Source: Chrysomallon squamiferum
Lineage: Eukaryota; Animalia; Mollusca
Assembly (NCBI GenBank): GCA_012295275.1
Contig: CM022669.1
Coordinates: forward strand, 310,001-374,000
Length of the DNA: 64,000 nucleotides
Direction of reading: 5' to 3'
In this document: piece by piece, positions 1-14,803 of the stretch
How the letters are laid out: each line of letters starts with the position of its first letter
Position numbering within the stretch: position 1 is the stretch's first letter
The notes under the pieces: generated by a model
Databases searched by the model: none
Told to the model about the DNA's origin: nothing
What the model saw: only the letters and a program-made list of their open reading frames with translations
Translations under genes and position numbers: made by a program

Positions 1-661
1 ACATTTTCTTGTTTGGTAAGTTGCTTACAAAACACTGTGGAAGTTTGCATGCAAATGCCAACTAATATTTTAATTACCTGCAAAAAACTTTTCTAAATTA
101 ACAAAAAAAAAAAAACAATTGTATTTATTAATTTTAAAATAAGTGTTTATTCTTTTATGAATAATATAATATGTAATTATATTTAATTAATGACTGGACT
201 AAAATGGCCAACACAATTCATGTAATATAATTTTCCTATATATATAATATATAAGTAAATGCATCAGCTATTTAAATAGTTTATAAAAATGTATCAAAGA
301 AATATTTTGCAAATCAACATAAAAGTTTAATTATCCTGAGATTAAACTTCATCGAATATTTAAAATTTTGTTTTAAATGATAAATTTGTATAAAATGAAA
401 TAAAATATTATAATTATAACCTGCATGTTTGCATTACTACATAGACTGTATAATCAGAGTGAAATGTGTGAATTTTGTTATCAAACTGGATGGTTTAATA
501 AATAGAATAGATAAAGATGTCTAGCTTGGTGTGCACTTGTAGTTAATAAAATAAAATAATAATTAAAAAAACCACGTATGTCAGAAAGATTGGTTTGTTT
601 GCTTATTAAGCTTGAGGTGTGAGTCTGTGTGTGTGTATGTGTGTGTGTATGTGTGTGTGTC

Positions 662-698
<37 letters not shown>

Positions 699-940
699 AA
701 AGTAACACTGATATGTACTGACTGAAAAGAAAATAATGGTATGTTGAAAAATGTATATGAATATATTGTTTGTATTTTGGCAGGACAGTTATGTGATTTA
801 GTTCTGGCCTTTTGTTTCTTCTTTTTTTTAAGATTTGGTATTTGAAATTAAATTGTTAGATATGTGGATCAGTTTAAAAACATACATATATGTACAAATA
901 CATTACCATGCATTAAACCATATACAAACTTGGAGAGAGA

Positions 941-979
<39 letters not shown>

Positions 980-1074
980 CTTTAATAGTTTAATACTGTT
1001 TTTTATGAAAAGTTTATTTAGGGATTTACAATATAATGACGACATTCATAATCATCATCATCATCATCATTATT

Positions 1075-1122
<48 letters not shown>

Positions 1123-1206
1123 TATACATAAAAATTGAATGACAGCAGAAAGACCCTTCAGAAATTAATATTAATAATAAAAAAGCAACAATTAATATAT
1201 ATATAT

Positions 1207-1237
<31 letters not shown>

Positions 1238-4200
1238 CATATACATATTCATATATATATTAGTTAATGCAAAATAAATTAATTTAAAAAAAATAATTTA
1301 TTAATAAAATGTTAATTTGTGCATTCTGTCCTGAAATATTCTTGTCTGACTTTGGAGTTGTCTGTCCTTGAGTTCCTCTCTGCCACACTAGAGATTATAC
1401 AGTTAGTCCTCCTGCTTCTTATAGTCCTAAACACAACCCTTGTGTTGTTAATGTATTACTCTGTTACTCATCCAGTGTGGCAAATGTAATAAAGCTTTTG
1501 CTGCTTTTGCTAAAGTAACAATAGCTTTTTGAAAATGGCAGCAATTTTTAGAATGTAAAATATTTGTTTTTTAAGAAACATGAAAAAAAGTTAAGATTCA
1601 GTGTCAGAATTCAAAGTCAAGAAAATGAGATTTATTCATAATTTTATTTTTCTGATAATCAAAGTCATAATGAAAAAATAATTCTTAAAATATGGGGTTG
1701 TTTCTAAAAAAATGATTATAAGAATTTATTTTTATTATATTCCCTTTTACTGAAATAGAAAGATTTTTATTTGCAGAATGTGGTCTCTACAGGACAATAG
1801 CTTTCTTTTGACATCCGTCTTTGACCTTGAGTGAGTTGTGTGACTCTGATTTCATTCCCACTCCTCTGGTGGCAGTTACCTCCCTTTATTCTTTCTTTAT
1901 CACCTCCCTTTGTTCCCCTTTGGGGCAGTGCACATTTTTATCAAATAAAATCATTGCTAAAATGCAAGTTGAAGGAAACATCCACAAAATAAATCAAAAA
2001 GCATTTCAAAAAGATATAATTAAGAATTGCAATTATAATCTTAAAAATAAAATTGAAAATGCAGTGATAGAAATTCTGATTCAGTTTTGATCATACATTG
2101 ATGAGTAAATAAAGAATAAATATAAAGAGTTTATATATTTTATAATTCAAGTATTCTTAAATTGCATGAAAGAGGATTTTGACATATCTTTAAAAAAGAA
2201 AATAAATAAATATAAAAAAATAAATAAAAATTAAATAAATACATTTTTAAAAAATACATGTAATAATATTTGCATAATAAATCGATGATGATAATAATGA
2301 TAATAATAATAAGTAAATGTTGACATCTATTGTTCAGTAACCTTTTGTTAGTGTTGTTTTTTTGTTTTATTTATCTTGTTAAAAAGAAAAGAAAAAATCT
2401 TTATTGTTATGTAATCAACACTTGTATGTAATAAAATAATTATACAAAAAAAAAAAAAAACTTGAAAAAAAAAAAAAAAAAAAAAACTTTAATAACAGCT
2501 AAATTAAAAATCATTTGGTAGGTAAGAATGTTATTTTTTTCACAACAGTTTCACTGAGGGCAGCTGCCAGAGACCTACCTAGTTGAGTTGAAAGTTGTTA
2601 GTTTTTGTAATCAGATTTATGTAAATAAAAAGTTGGGTGGGTTAAATATTGAAAGTATTTAGTTTTAAATGTTATTTATTTGTTTGATTTGTGTTTTTGT
2701 TATGCTCTTAATAATCATCATAATAATAATAATAATAAAAATAATGTAGATGATGATAATGATTAAATGAAAACTAGTTTTCCTGAAATTTCATGGATGC
2801 ACACTCACACAGAGACACACAGAGTCACACATGTACACAGAAGCAGGTTGCCTCAGTGATGGAGTGGTGTTTTAGTCCACCTTCACTATACGGGCAAATA
2901 GATGCCAAGCATTAAAATCATGTTAGTGGAATCGGAGTCTAATCAGATGTATTTAAGAAAACAGAATATTACGTTCTAACACACCTATAGGTACACATAT
3001 ACATGCACATGCACATACACATAAACACACACACACAGACAGACAGACAGACAGACACAGAGAGGCACACATACATTCGTATTAAACAGAGTATAAATTC
3101 TGTTTTACTACTGTTATTGCAGTTTTGACATTATTCACAAAATACAACTAGAATGGTAATGTTGATGTCTGGGTGTGTATGGTGTTGGGTGGGGTTTCCG
3201 GGGGCCTGACAGCCAGCAGAGAAAATTATTCTGATTGAAAAATACTTAAAAAATGAAATTGAAATTATTTTATTTATGTGATATCTGAAGTGTATTATTC
3301 AATGTTGACTTGAAATTTAAATTTAAAAAAAAAATTATTATTATTATTTTGTAAAAGAAGTACCTTTTTTTTTTATTAGAAAATGGTTTTTATTTCTGTG
3401 TCACCATTTTACATTATTTTTTTTAAACTTTATTTTTTTATCAATGCAATTTGTTATTGTTTTTGTTATACCAGTTATTTATTTCCATGTCATAAAAATG
3501 TGTATTTTTCATAAAATACATGTCTGTGAATCCAGGTTGAATTTGTTTTAATACCTAGTTTTATATTAATTTTGTTGCTATGGTAATTAATATTTATAAA
3601 CAGAGATTGCTAAATACTGATAATATTTATTACCTTCAAGATTATTAGTGATGCTAACTGTCAAAATGCTGGATTCACATCAGCATATTTTTAGATATAG
3701 GAAATTTAAAAAATCACTAAATATAATAAATGAAACAAATAAAAATAAAAGACCAAACTCTCTGGTTTTACAAGCTGGTCCTCTGAAGTTCCTGTTTTAA
3801 GTACAGCTGTTTTGTTTGGTGTTTTATTACTTTGGTACTGATTGGTGTTTTCTTAATTCCTCTGCAATCTGATTGGTTGGGATTATCAGGCGATTCAGGT
3901 ACATCTCCAGTCTCAACTGTCATTGTTTCTTCATCTTTTTACTTTTCTTTTTTTCTTTTTATCTTTCACTATTAGTGTTTGCCACAGTTAGTAAGTTGCT
4001 GTCAGATGGTGGAAGTTTGAGTTAGCTTTCTCTTCTCACTCTGTCATCTTGATGATGTTTCTCTACACAGTGTCATTTTAATACATGTATAGACTTGCCT
4101 ACATGTCAATTTTATATATATTTCACACAAAGACAAGAAGCACACATACCCATCCATACACCAACACACACACACATATAGATAAATATTTAATTGAACA

Positions 4201-4891
4201 CATGTACATATATATCATTTATTAATTAATTAGTTGGGGGGTTTGGGGGATATTTTTAATTTATATTATTTTATTTAATTATTTATATTTTTATCAATTT
4301 TATTTATTAATATATTATTCATTATTTTTATTTTATTTATTTTTATTTATTTAATTCTTTCTTTCTTTCTTTACTTATTTAGTTACATTAATTTATCTTA
4401 ATTTATTAAAATATTTCTATTATTTTATTTGTTTATTTATTTGTTATTTATTATTTATTATTTATTTATTTATTTAAATCAAATAAGTAAGCTATTATAG
4501 TATTGTAATCACTTACAAATACAAGGTTACCATGTAGATGATCAAAATGGATGAAATTTCTGACCAGTGGGCAAGTTTATACTTTCTGTACATTTTTGTT
4601 TCAGCTGTGATTTCTTGTGTCACCTGTTGCTTTTTAAATTTTGTAAAATAAATTTTAAAAAAGCAAAAAATATTGCGATTAACTATTTCTTCAAGCACAG
4701 TGTTCTCATGTTAATTAAAGAGACAAATAAAAATATATTATTTAATAATGATTAATGCATAAACATACATATATGTATATTAAATTTATATTAATATTTT
4801 TCAGTTTGTTACGCTATGAGTATGTATATTAAATGCCCACAAAAAATCAGTATAATGCTATCTTGAATTGGATAATTAATGAATAAAGTTA

Positions 4892-4941
<50 letters not shown>

Positions 4942-5354
4942 ATAATATAAAATACGGAGATATATGAAGAATGCGTATTAACAAATGGTTGCTATGGCTA
5001 AAGAATGGTTGTAGTTGCTCATGTGCATATATGCACAAAACCTGCACCCACACATAAAATTTGTTTGGAATTACACAAATATTCACACAGAATGTGAGAT
5101 GATAATCACACAAAAAAAGACACCAGTACCCAGACAGACAGACAGACAGACAGAAACACTCACCCTGAGAAGTCTCACCATAATTTACATAGAGACTTCA
5201 CCTGTTTGCTTTAAGGTATTTTTCTATAAAAGAATTCTTCTGTTTGTCAGAATGTATATCATTTACCAGAGACTGTGTCTATTTTAAACCAGGCTCATAA
5301 ATACAGCTGAGAAATGTACACGTTTACACAACAAAACGATTTAGTGAAGGAGAG

Positions 5355-5388
<34 letters not shown>

Positions 5389-7098
5389 TACCTTTTGTGT
5401 TATATATTTATTGATGTGTTTAGATATCTTTATTAATTTTATCATTATTATTATCATCATCATCATCATCATCATCTTTATTATTGTTGTTGTTTATATT
5501 TTTATTACTATTAATACAAAAATATATTAAATTAATTTTATTTTCAAACTTTATTTTCAAACTTTATTTTCAAAATAATAACAGTAAATAAAAAACACAC
5601 ATATATATATATATCTATATATTTCTCCTCATTATTTTGTTTATATTTCAAAATATTATTTTATTAATTCAAAGAGAGGCTAAAAACATTAAAATTTTAT
5701 CTAATAATTAGAAAAACAGCAGACACGTTACACATCTATCTCTGTCTGAGTGAATGAACTATTTGTTACTAAGACTTTTTCATTTATTAACTCAAAAATG
5801 TACAACTGTTTTTTTCTCCCTTTAAAATGCACTTATTCTGAATGAAAATGGCACACAGATCACATAAATCTGTTAATTAGAATTTATTATCTGCATTACA
5901 ATTTGAAGCAGATTAAGAAAGAAAAAATATCATGTAAGGTACTTTGCTTATAATGTAGTCACAATAAACTGATTCTAATAATAAAGGTTTAATTCATTAA
6001 TTGAGTGGTATCACTGTCTGGTTTAGACTGCATTTACTGAGATCAAGTCTCCTCAGTGACATTTTTTAGGTCAAACTGGACTTTGTTCTCCTATGTCAGT
6101 GTGTTCCCAAGTACTTTGTACAGACATACATAAAACAACAGACTATTCTTTCCTAAATCCAACCCCCCCCCACACACACACACCAACACATTAACATTTT
6201 AACCAGGATTACTTTTTGCTCCGTTTTCAAATTTCTTTATAACCATTCAACCAATTTAAAGATGTTGTGTTATATTAAGCAGTGTACCTCATATTACTTT
6301 TAATAATTACATATAATTGTGTATAAAACTGAAACATGCTTTGGCCATGAGCAACCATTTAGCAGTTCTTTTGAAGAAACATGTACGTAATGTTTTAGTC
6401 AGTTTGTACAGTTTTGTGAAAAGTAGTTTACTTCAGTGTTTAAGTTATAGTTCTGAATATTTTTTTGTGCTGTTCTTTCTTGTGAAAAGAAAAGGAAATG
6501 GTTCCATTTTTATACACTTTTTAACTCATAATGTGGCATGCTAAAACATTTCATTGCTTTTGTTTGTGTGGGTAGAAAAAAGCCAAGTTTGTTTCTTGGT
6601 TTTTTTTCTTTCTCCACCTTTACTTATTTATTTATTTATTTATTTATTTTTATTTTTATTTTACTTTTCTTTTTTTTTTTCTTTCTTTAAGTAAAAAATA
6701 AAATTGGACAGTTAATTTGCATCATTCTATTTTGTTTTTCCTTTTTAATTACATTTCCTATTTTTTAAATTATTAAATAAACCCAATTATTTTGTTCAAT
6801 TTTTAATGTTACCATTATAAAGTCTTATTCCCCACTTTAAGAAAATTAATTTAACAGACATATACTATTAAATTCAAACTTTATTTAAAACTGTTTATTC
6901 AATTTCTAGAAATATACTTTGATTTACAACTTTGATAGTTATTGAAAGTAAAGTTGAAAACTCATTATAATTTTTTTTCATTTTTTTTTTTTTTTTTTTT
7001 GCTATTATTTTAAATTATTAACTTATTAAATCATTATCATTTAGTATTAAAATATATTAATGCCACAAAATTAAGTTCACCCAACATAATTCTGACAG

Positions 7099-10000
7099 GT
7101 TTAGACATGCAGCAGTAAGTGCACTGATGGGCGGGGCCAAGCTGAGAACAGTGACAGCCCAGAAGACACCACGCATGGCAGACGTGGTTTCAAAAATGCA
7201 GACACTGCATGAGGCTGTTAGACAGGGGAAGCCTCCAGAGGGTAAACTAAGAAAATTTCATTACTAATATTAAAAATATTAAATTAGTGAAGAAAATATT
7301 AATATTAAATTATCAGTAGTGTGTAATGAGAAACCAACCCAGCTAACTATTTAACTACTAACATTACACTTGATATATATATACACCCATATACACATTC
7401 CCACACATATACACAAATACACTCATACACTAAAACTTAAAGATATACAAAGTATATATACATATGCACAAACTGTGGGAAAGACAAATGTAAAATGAGT
7501 TGTTGAACCAAGATACCATTAAAATTTCCAAACAGCTATAAACAAGCAATAAAAATTAAACTCTGGTAATTGCTTTTATTTAACATTTCTTTCTTTTAAT
7601 TTATTGTCTTTTTTAAAAAAATTCTTTTTTCTTTTAATTTAGTTTACGTTTTATATTTCAGGAGATTTGGTGGGAAAGTTCACATTTGCATCTGATAGAT
7701 ATGCTGTACTGGAAAGTGCTGGAAACCTCGAAATTGATGTTCTCTTCCACCGACAGATTCTGTATGTTCACAATAACCTCGTCTTTGTTACTTTATTCTA
7801 ACCTCAGCCAACACTCAGTACCTCTGCATGTTTAACTTAGAGCAAACTGTTTCTAATCTAAAGCCTCACTCATTAAACTATATGATTACATCAAACATGT
7901 CATTATCTTTCTTTTAATCTCCAACTTCAGTTTGGTGTTGCTGCATTGTCACATAAAAAATGGAAAATTCAGGCAAATTTTACCAACTTCTTCAGTCTGG
8001 GATTCAGAAAAATTCATCAAAAGCCTCTTTCACTTTATAAATTCATATTTTATCTGTTGAAGTCAATTTTTCCATTGAAATCATTCAATTTAAAAATAAT
8101 TTTTCAGATATAATCTGAAAATCAGTATTGCATTTGAAATCACTGGTCCAGGGTAACAGTTTAAAAATCACTCACCAACTTCACAAACTTTAATTCCAAA
8201 AATATATCAGTTTCAAGTTGTCAAACCTTTTTTAACTGCAATAACAAAAAGGAAAAGTGTTCACAGTTTGTGAATACAGTAAAACAGTCAGATCAGAATA
8301 TAAATGTTTTTTAAAACATGATCTATATCCTTAACACTGATGCAATTGCTGCTTTAGTTCCATCAAAGCATAATGCTAGCAGTAATTTCCAAAATCTGTC
8401 ACAGATAACATTACACTACAATGACAGGTACATAAATAACTTTTAATGATATTTTTAGATCTTTGAAAAAAAAAAAAAAATAAAAACTATTTTTGATTTT
8501 CAGTTTAGCTTGCTCAAAGTGTTACATAATGTTTCTAAATATTAACTAAATATACTGTAGAATATTGTTATATATACTTTGTAGCAGTGCTAAGTATACT
8601 GTATAATACAGCCATATGTACTCCATAATACTGCTAAGTATGCTGTATAATATTACCACATGTGTATACTCCATAGTACTGCTAAGTAAACTGCATAATA
8701 TTTGCCATATGTTTTCTATAATATTGCTAATTATATTATAATACTGCCATTTGTATATAGTGCTCCATAAACAGTATAATACTGTGATATGAACTTTTTA
8801 ATACCTGCTAAGTATACTGTGCTAAATGTATATCTTAAAATACAGAGCACTGTATATAGGTATGTATATATATGTATGTATGTATGTGTTTGTATGTATG
8901 TATGTATGTATGTGTGTATGTAAACACTAACATTTTACTACAATTTGACTTTTTCAGACCAAAGAACACAGTTAATATTATGGTAGGTAAACAATATTAT
9001 CTATGCATATTTATTTATTATTCAACTGTTGCCATGGCAACCATTACTGCAACAGAAAAGCATTTTATCTGTAATTATATGTTTATAACAAACTGTGCCA
9101 AAATTTAATGTTTACTGTTATTGTTTTGTGACAACAGGACCAGAATGAATTAGTTAAAAAAATGTCATGTTATTGTTTTGTGACAACAAGACCAGGATGA
9201 ATTAGTTAAAAATGTCTTGTTATTGTTTTGTGACGAAGGACGAGGAACGAGTGGTGTTTAAAAATGGAACTGCGACAATTCCTGGAGTAGGAGACAGTAT
9301 GGGAGGAACAGCTGACAGTGAAGCAACCTGCCCCCTGGGAGTGGTTTCTGTTGACTATGAAACTCGAGAAGGGTCAGCAAAACCTGGCAAAGATTTCAAA
9401 TACTGCAAAGGAACTTTGGTAAATTTTGAAAATAAAAATTATTTTCTTACTTTTAGTAATGCATTGGTATATATTCATCATGTGGATGTAGATATGTATT
9501 ATTTTATTTGTTCTCTGTTTGTTTTGTATATATATATATATATATATATAAAATGAAAAAAATAAATACATCAATAAATAAATAAATTCTGAATAACAGA
9601 AATTATCTATCTAATATGTGTGGAATAATAAGAATTATTAACTTCGGACAGCAAATATAAAAATTTTGTTATTAAATAAATAAATAATTAACAAAATAAC
9701 TGAACAGATAAAAATAAATTTATAAGTTTCAGCTCAAATAAATTAAATAATTAATTATGTAACAAATTAATAAAATAATTACAGGTTTTCAAAGAGACAG
9801 AGTATCGAAAGACATTCTCAGTTTCAATAATTAATGACAACCAGTATGAAGCAGATGTTGACTTCTACATCATTCTGAAAAACCCCAAAGGCATGAGTGG
9901 TTTGGGAGATCCTAGTGTAGCAAGAGTTACCATTGTTGATGATGATGGTAAGTAAACATATATAAATAAATCAGAAAATTAATTTGTCAAGAAATTAGGC

Positions 10001-13000
10001 TTTTAAGAATTAAACTTAGAATATGTGGAGCAATTTGTGATATGCATATGATAACTGCTTATAATACAAATAACATATTAGCTATTACAGACTTATAATT
10101 TATATGTAAATGTCACCTGTATTATCCGTAAACTAGTTTTATGTATTGTCAAATTGTAAAAATGCAGATACAAACACAACACACACACAGACAAACACAT
10201 TTAGAAGAAGCCTGTTGATGATGGCAACAACAACAACAATAAGAATATTAATAACAAAATTAAAACATTATCATCAGTTCTTACATAATGGTAAAAAGAT
10301 GAGATATGTCAAAGTGAAATTATCACTGTGCAGTGTGTAACATCAGTTGACACAAATTTTGTAATAGCACAAAAATCAATAGTTATTTTTATTAAAATGT
10401 AGAATACCAGCAAAATTACAAAACAATAATATAATCTGTAAGTTAGTTTTAGATAGGCCCTGTTGTATGTCAGGCCATTGCCAATAATAATGTTATCCTC
10501 TTTCTTATAAGCAGACATGTAAAAATATGTAATATAATATGTTATGCACTATTCACTGATTTGCATTGTTACTGATCACTGTTACACTCGGATGAAGTTT
10601 AAAGTAATTTTTCTCTTTTTTAGAACCTGGAGAATTTCTCTTTGAGGAAAGCACATACCACGCTGATTTGAAAAGTGGCAAGGTCACTGTAAAGGTCATC
10701 AGAGAACATGGTTTCGATGGGAAAGTAAAACTGGAATACTCAACAATGTGAGCATTAGTAAATACAACTAATAGAAAATGTTTTTATCAAATGAACAAAA
10801 CATTTTGTTATTAACTAAATAGAACATATTTTTTTTCTAATAATTAAAACAAATTAAATAATTTTGAATTTCAGTGATGGTACTGGGGTTGGTGGAACTA
10901 AGCTAGATGGAAAAACTGACTATATTTCTGCTAGTGGCGAGATACAGTTCAACCACGCAGAAACCTACAAAACAATAACAGTTGAGGTGAACAAGGCAGT
11001 AAAGGTACAAAACAACTGTAAACTAAGAAATTTAAAACACCAAAAAACATTTGTGCACTTAAAAATACACCCACCTGCAAAACAATTGTATACTTCAATA
11101 CTACACACACCTACAAAACATTTGTAAGCTTAAAAACACCTACAAAACAATTATGGTGGAGGTCATTAAAAATATTAAGTATTATGTCAGCATAAAAATA
11201 GAAAAATAAAAATGAGGTAGTGTGGTTTAGATATAATGTAAAATTTAAAATTTTTCTAATAAAAAATACCAAATGATTACAATTATAAGTATCAAGAAAT
11301 GTTAAGATATTTTATAAATGTTAAAATTACAAACACATACAGTAATTACAGTAAACAGTAACAAAAATGGCATCTCTTTTCTGTAAGTGTCCAAGTTATT
11401 ATTCTGTTTTTTTCTTTCTTTTCAGATGTCTAAAAACTTTATTATTGCTTTAAGAAACCCAAGTTTAGGGGCCAAAATTGGAATTCGAAGTGCTGTGGTT
11501 TGTCATATAAATAAAGGTAAGAATTAATTAAGTTAAAATTAATAATAACGTTTAAATATTAAATGTTTATTCAAATAGAATATATCTAAACAATATATGA
11601 AATACAGAAACCACTTTCACCTTCTTATTTTCAGCTTACATAAATTATTATTGAAATCAACTTTTTACAATTTCAATATCTTTAAGTAATCAAGAAATTT
11701 TGGATGATGAGGGTGTAATTAATATATTAATACATATGATTTTTTTTCCATTTATTTTAATGTAAACGTTTTGAACTCTGATCTAAATTTTTACATGCAC
11801 TTGTGAACTATGCTATGCAAACAGTAATCAATGATAAAATAAACTTTTAAAATTGTCACACTGAAGATGATCATTACATGTGAACAATTATCCATTTTTA
11901 TGTAACACATCAGCAATTTAGCAAGACAATGACATTAGTTTGAATAACAAATACATTTAATTTGCCTTCATTATACCTGAAATATGCTTTAAACTTACCT
12001 ATAACTTACCAAAAATAGACTTTTATCATAAGTGAACAAGATACAGACAGTTTACTGTAATATGCTTGATATAAACATTTATTTTTAACAGCAGTTAACA
12101 TTTTTACCACATCAGTTCACCTATTATTATTCATAACATATTTGTAACATGCCACTTTTATTATATTGCATCATAATTAGTTAATTAAACATTTCACTTC
12201 TGTTAATTATTTTAACAGTCAAAATAAAACACAATTATTTTTCACCTTTCTTTAAATTATGAAAAACAATTTCAGGTGGTGAGTGTGTTTTCTTTTCATT
12301 ATGAGGCTTTACATGTTTATATCAGCTGCTTTTTTTAATTAGAAAAATCTGTTAGCTGCACATTTTAAACATTAGTTAATAGATTTTTAGCTAGTCTTTT
12401 CACTTAATCATAATATGATGTTTGAAATCACTTACAGCAAAATCATTACACAAAAATTGAAAATACAACATGTTTCTGCTAGGAAAGGTAGCAAGCTTAC
12501 ATGATCTCATAGTGATATACATCATTACGACATACATTATGACATACATCACTATGATAAACATCATTATGATATACATCACTGTTAGATACATTACTGT
12601 GAGATACCTCACTGTGAAATGCATCAGTGTGATATACATCTCTGTGACATACATTACTATGACATACATCACTGTGACATATATCATTGTGACATACATC
12701 ACTGTGACATTCATCACTGTGATATTATGTAAGTTTGATACCTTTCTTAATGGAAATACAGGATACACGTTTATGATTAATGTGGTTTACTTTAACAACT
12801 ATTTTGTTATTTAGAATTCCAACTGGTGTGTCTGTGCTTCCTTGTATACCAGTGACAAGGTCTTTCTGTAGTGTTAATTACGTCTTGTTTTCAGAAGTGT
12901 ATTAATCACTGTATAATATCTTGGTACTTTCTGGTTATTAAAAGAAATTATTTATCTTAAATCTCTAATGTTTGGAAATATAATCAGTTATCTTCAGTAA

Positions 13001-13432
13001 TTATTTCACACCCAAACTGTTGGTTATCAGTATTAATATCTCTTTTCTTTATTCCTGTTTATTATTATTATTAGAGTTTTAATTCTCTTTTCAGATTATT
13101 TACCTGTAATCTTAAAATGCTAAAAGGAAAATTTAGATTTAAATTATAATTATAATTAAGCCATTGTATTTTTATTAATATATTCAAATACACACATACA
13201 TCCATCTGTCTGTCTGTGTTACTGTCCATCCATTGTTTTCCTTTCTTTGACATTCCCATACTTTATCAGTATTTCTTTGTGAATTTAAAACATATTTTTT
13301 TGATTTATAGTTAATTCTTTCCCTTAATTTTTGGAAAACAACATTTCGGTTTTAATAATAATTATTTCTGTACCTTAGAAGTGACTTTATTTTTACCTTA
13401 AGCTATAAATAAATAAATAAATAATAGTAGTA

Positions 13433-13468
<36 letters not shown>

Positions 13469-14768
13469 TCTTTATAAGTATAAAAATTTAATTATTAAAA
13501 TAATTAATTATTTTTAAGAAAGGAGTTTTTCATAGTAATATAATATTAGTCTTGCAATATCAAAAAAACATTATCATATTTTGACAGATGTATTATATAC
13601 AGTGTGGATAATTAATAATTTCATTAAAGCCTTCGTCAGACTGTTGTAACAAACAATGTTTAGCTTATAAATATGCCAGTATCAACATTTCACTTAAAAT
13701 AAATAGATTTGGTATAAATCAGGATCTGATAATTATGTATTAGGTATACATAATTATCTTGTTTGTAAATTATGTATATGGAAATGCTCATTAATCCACT
13801 AAAATGCATTATCAGATTTCTTCTTTATGAATATACAAATGTAAAATATTAAAATACACTTTACTAAAATGTAATGTGTATAATTAATAAGTTTGTACAA
13901 AATTTACAATGATTAATATGTATGTAAGTTATAAATGTGCAGATGACATGCATTAAGTCTGAAATGTAAATAATTTTTCAGATGAGGTAGGTGAACGAAT
14001 TGCTGACCTGATGGATAATGAGTCAGAGCCAGAAGAAAACACATGGAGGTCGCAGTTTGTGAAGTAAGTACTGCCCTGTAAAAGAGTGCTTGCTGCCAGT
14101 GACTTTAATTATAAATAGTGTTGTAACCTTCTTTTAAACTAGACCATTTAATAAAGCATTCCTGATTAATGAAACAGTTTATAGCATGTTCTCCGAGAGC
14201 AGTACGAATAACTGAAATAAAAATTGTTTCTTAGAACTTTCATTCTTAATCCTTCTCTTTTTTGTTTGTTTTTATTTTTTTTATTTTTCTATTTTTTTAC
14301 TGATTTATTATTTTTGTTATTGTTATTGTTATTCTTCTTCTTCTTCTTCTTCTTCTTCTTATTATTGTTATCATTATTTTAACTTAACAAAATTGATGTT
14401 GCTTAGTGAATTTATAATATAAATGCCATATTAATAATGATTGTATTAACAGTGCAATGGTGGTGGGATCCACAGTGGATGAAGATGGAAATGAGGTTCC
14501 GCCCAAGTGGAACCACTACCTCATGCATTTTTTCACATTCTTCTGGAAGGTTCTGTGTGCGTGCATTCCACCATCGTAAGTAGAGCACCAGCATTCTATA
14601 GGGTAGTTTTAAAAAAAATTCTTGATGTTTTCTTAATTCTTTCTGTTTATTTGTTTAAATTATTTTATTACTTTCAGTTTTTTCTGTTTTCTCTGTTACC
14701 ATTTCTTTCTTCTTTTCTTTTTGTATTTTTTGTCACCTGTTTCTTCTGTTTTTCCTTTTTTAAACAAA

Positions 14769-14803
<35 letters not shown>

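Noticed and set aside
2844-2900. tRNA/SINE-head-like gcctcagtgatggagtggt
   Set aside because: No recognisable B box or cloverleaf. No tRNA, rRNA or snRNA could be supported anywhere in the window.
8325-8335. ATATCCTTAAC, resembling a U12 5' splice site or branch point
   Set aside because: No matching U12 donor or adjacent exon that fits the reading frame. The NCX frame is fully explained by U2 introns.
12815-12900. Further tiny exon-like pieces (ag|AATTCCAACTG|gtgtgt; ag|AAGT|gtatta) in the NCX intron
   Set aside because: Each is frame-shifting on its own and has a weak donor. Only a speculative combination restores the frame.
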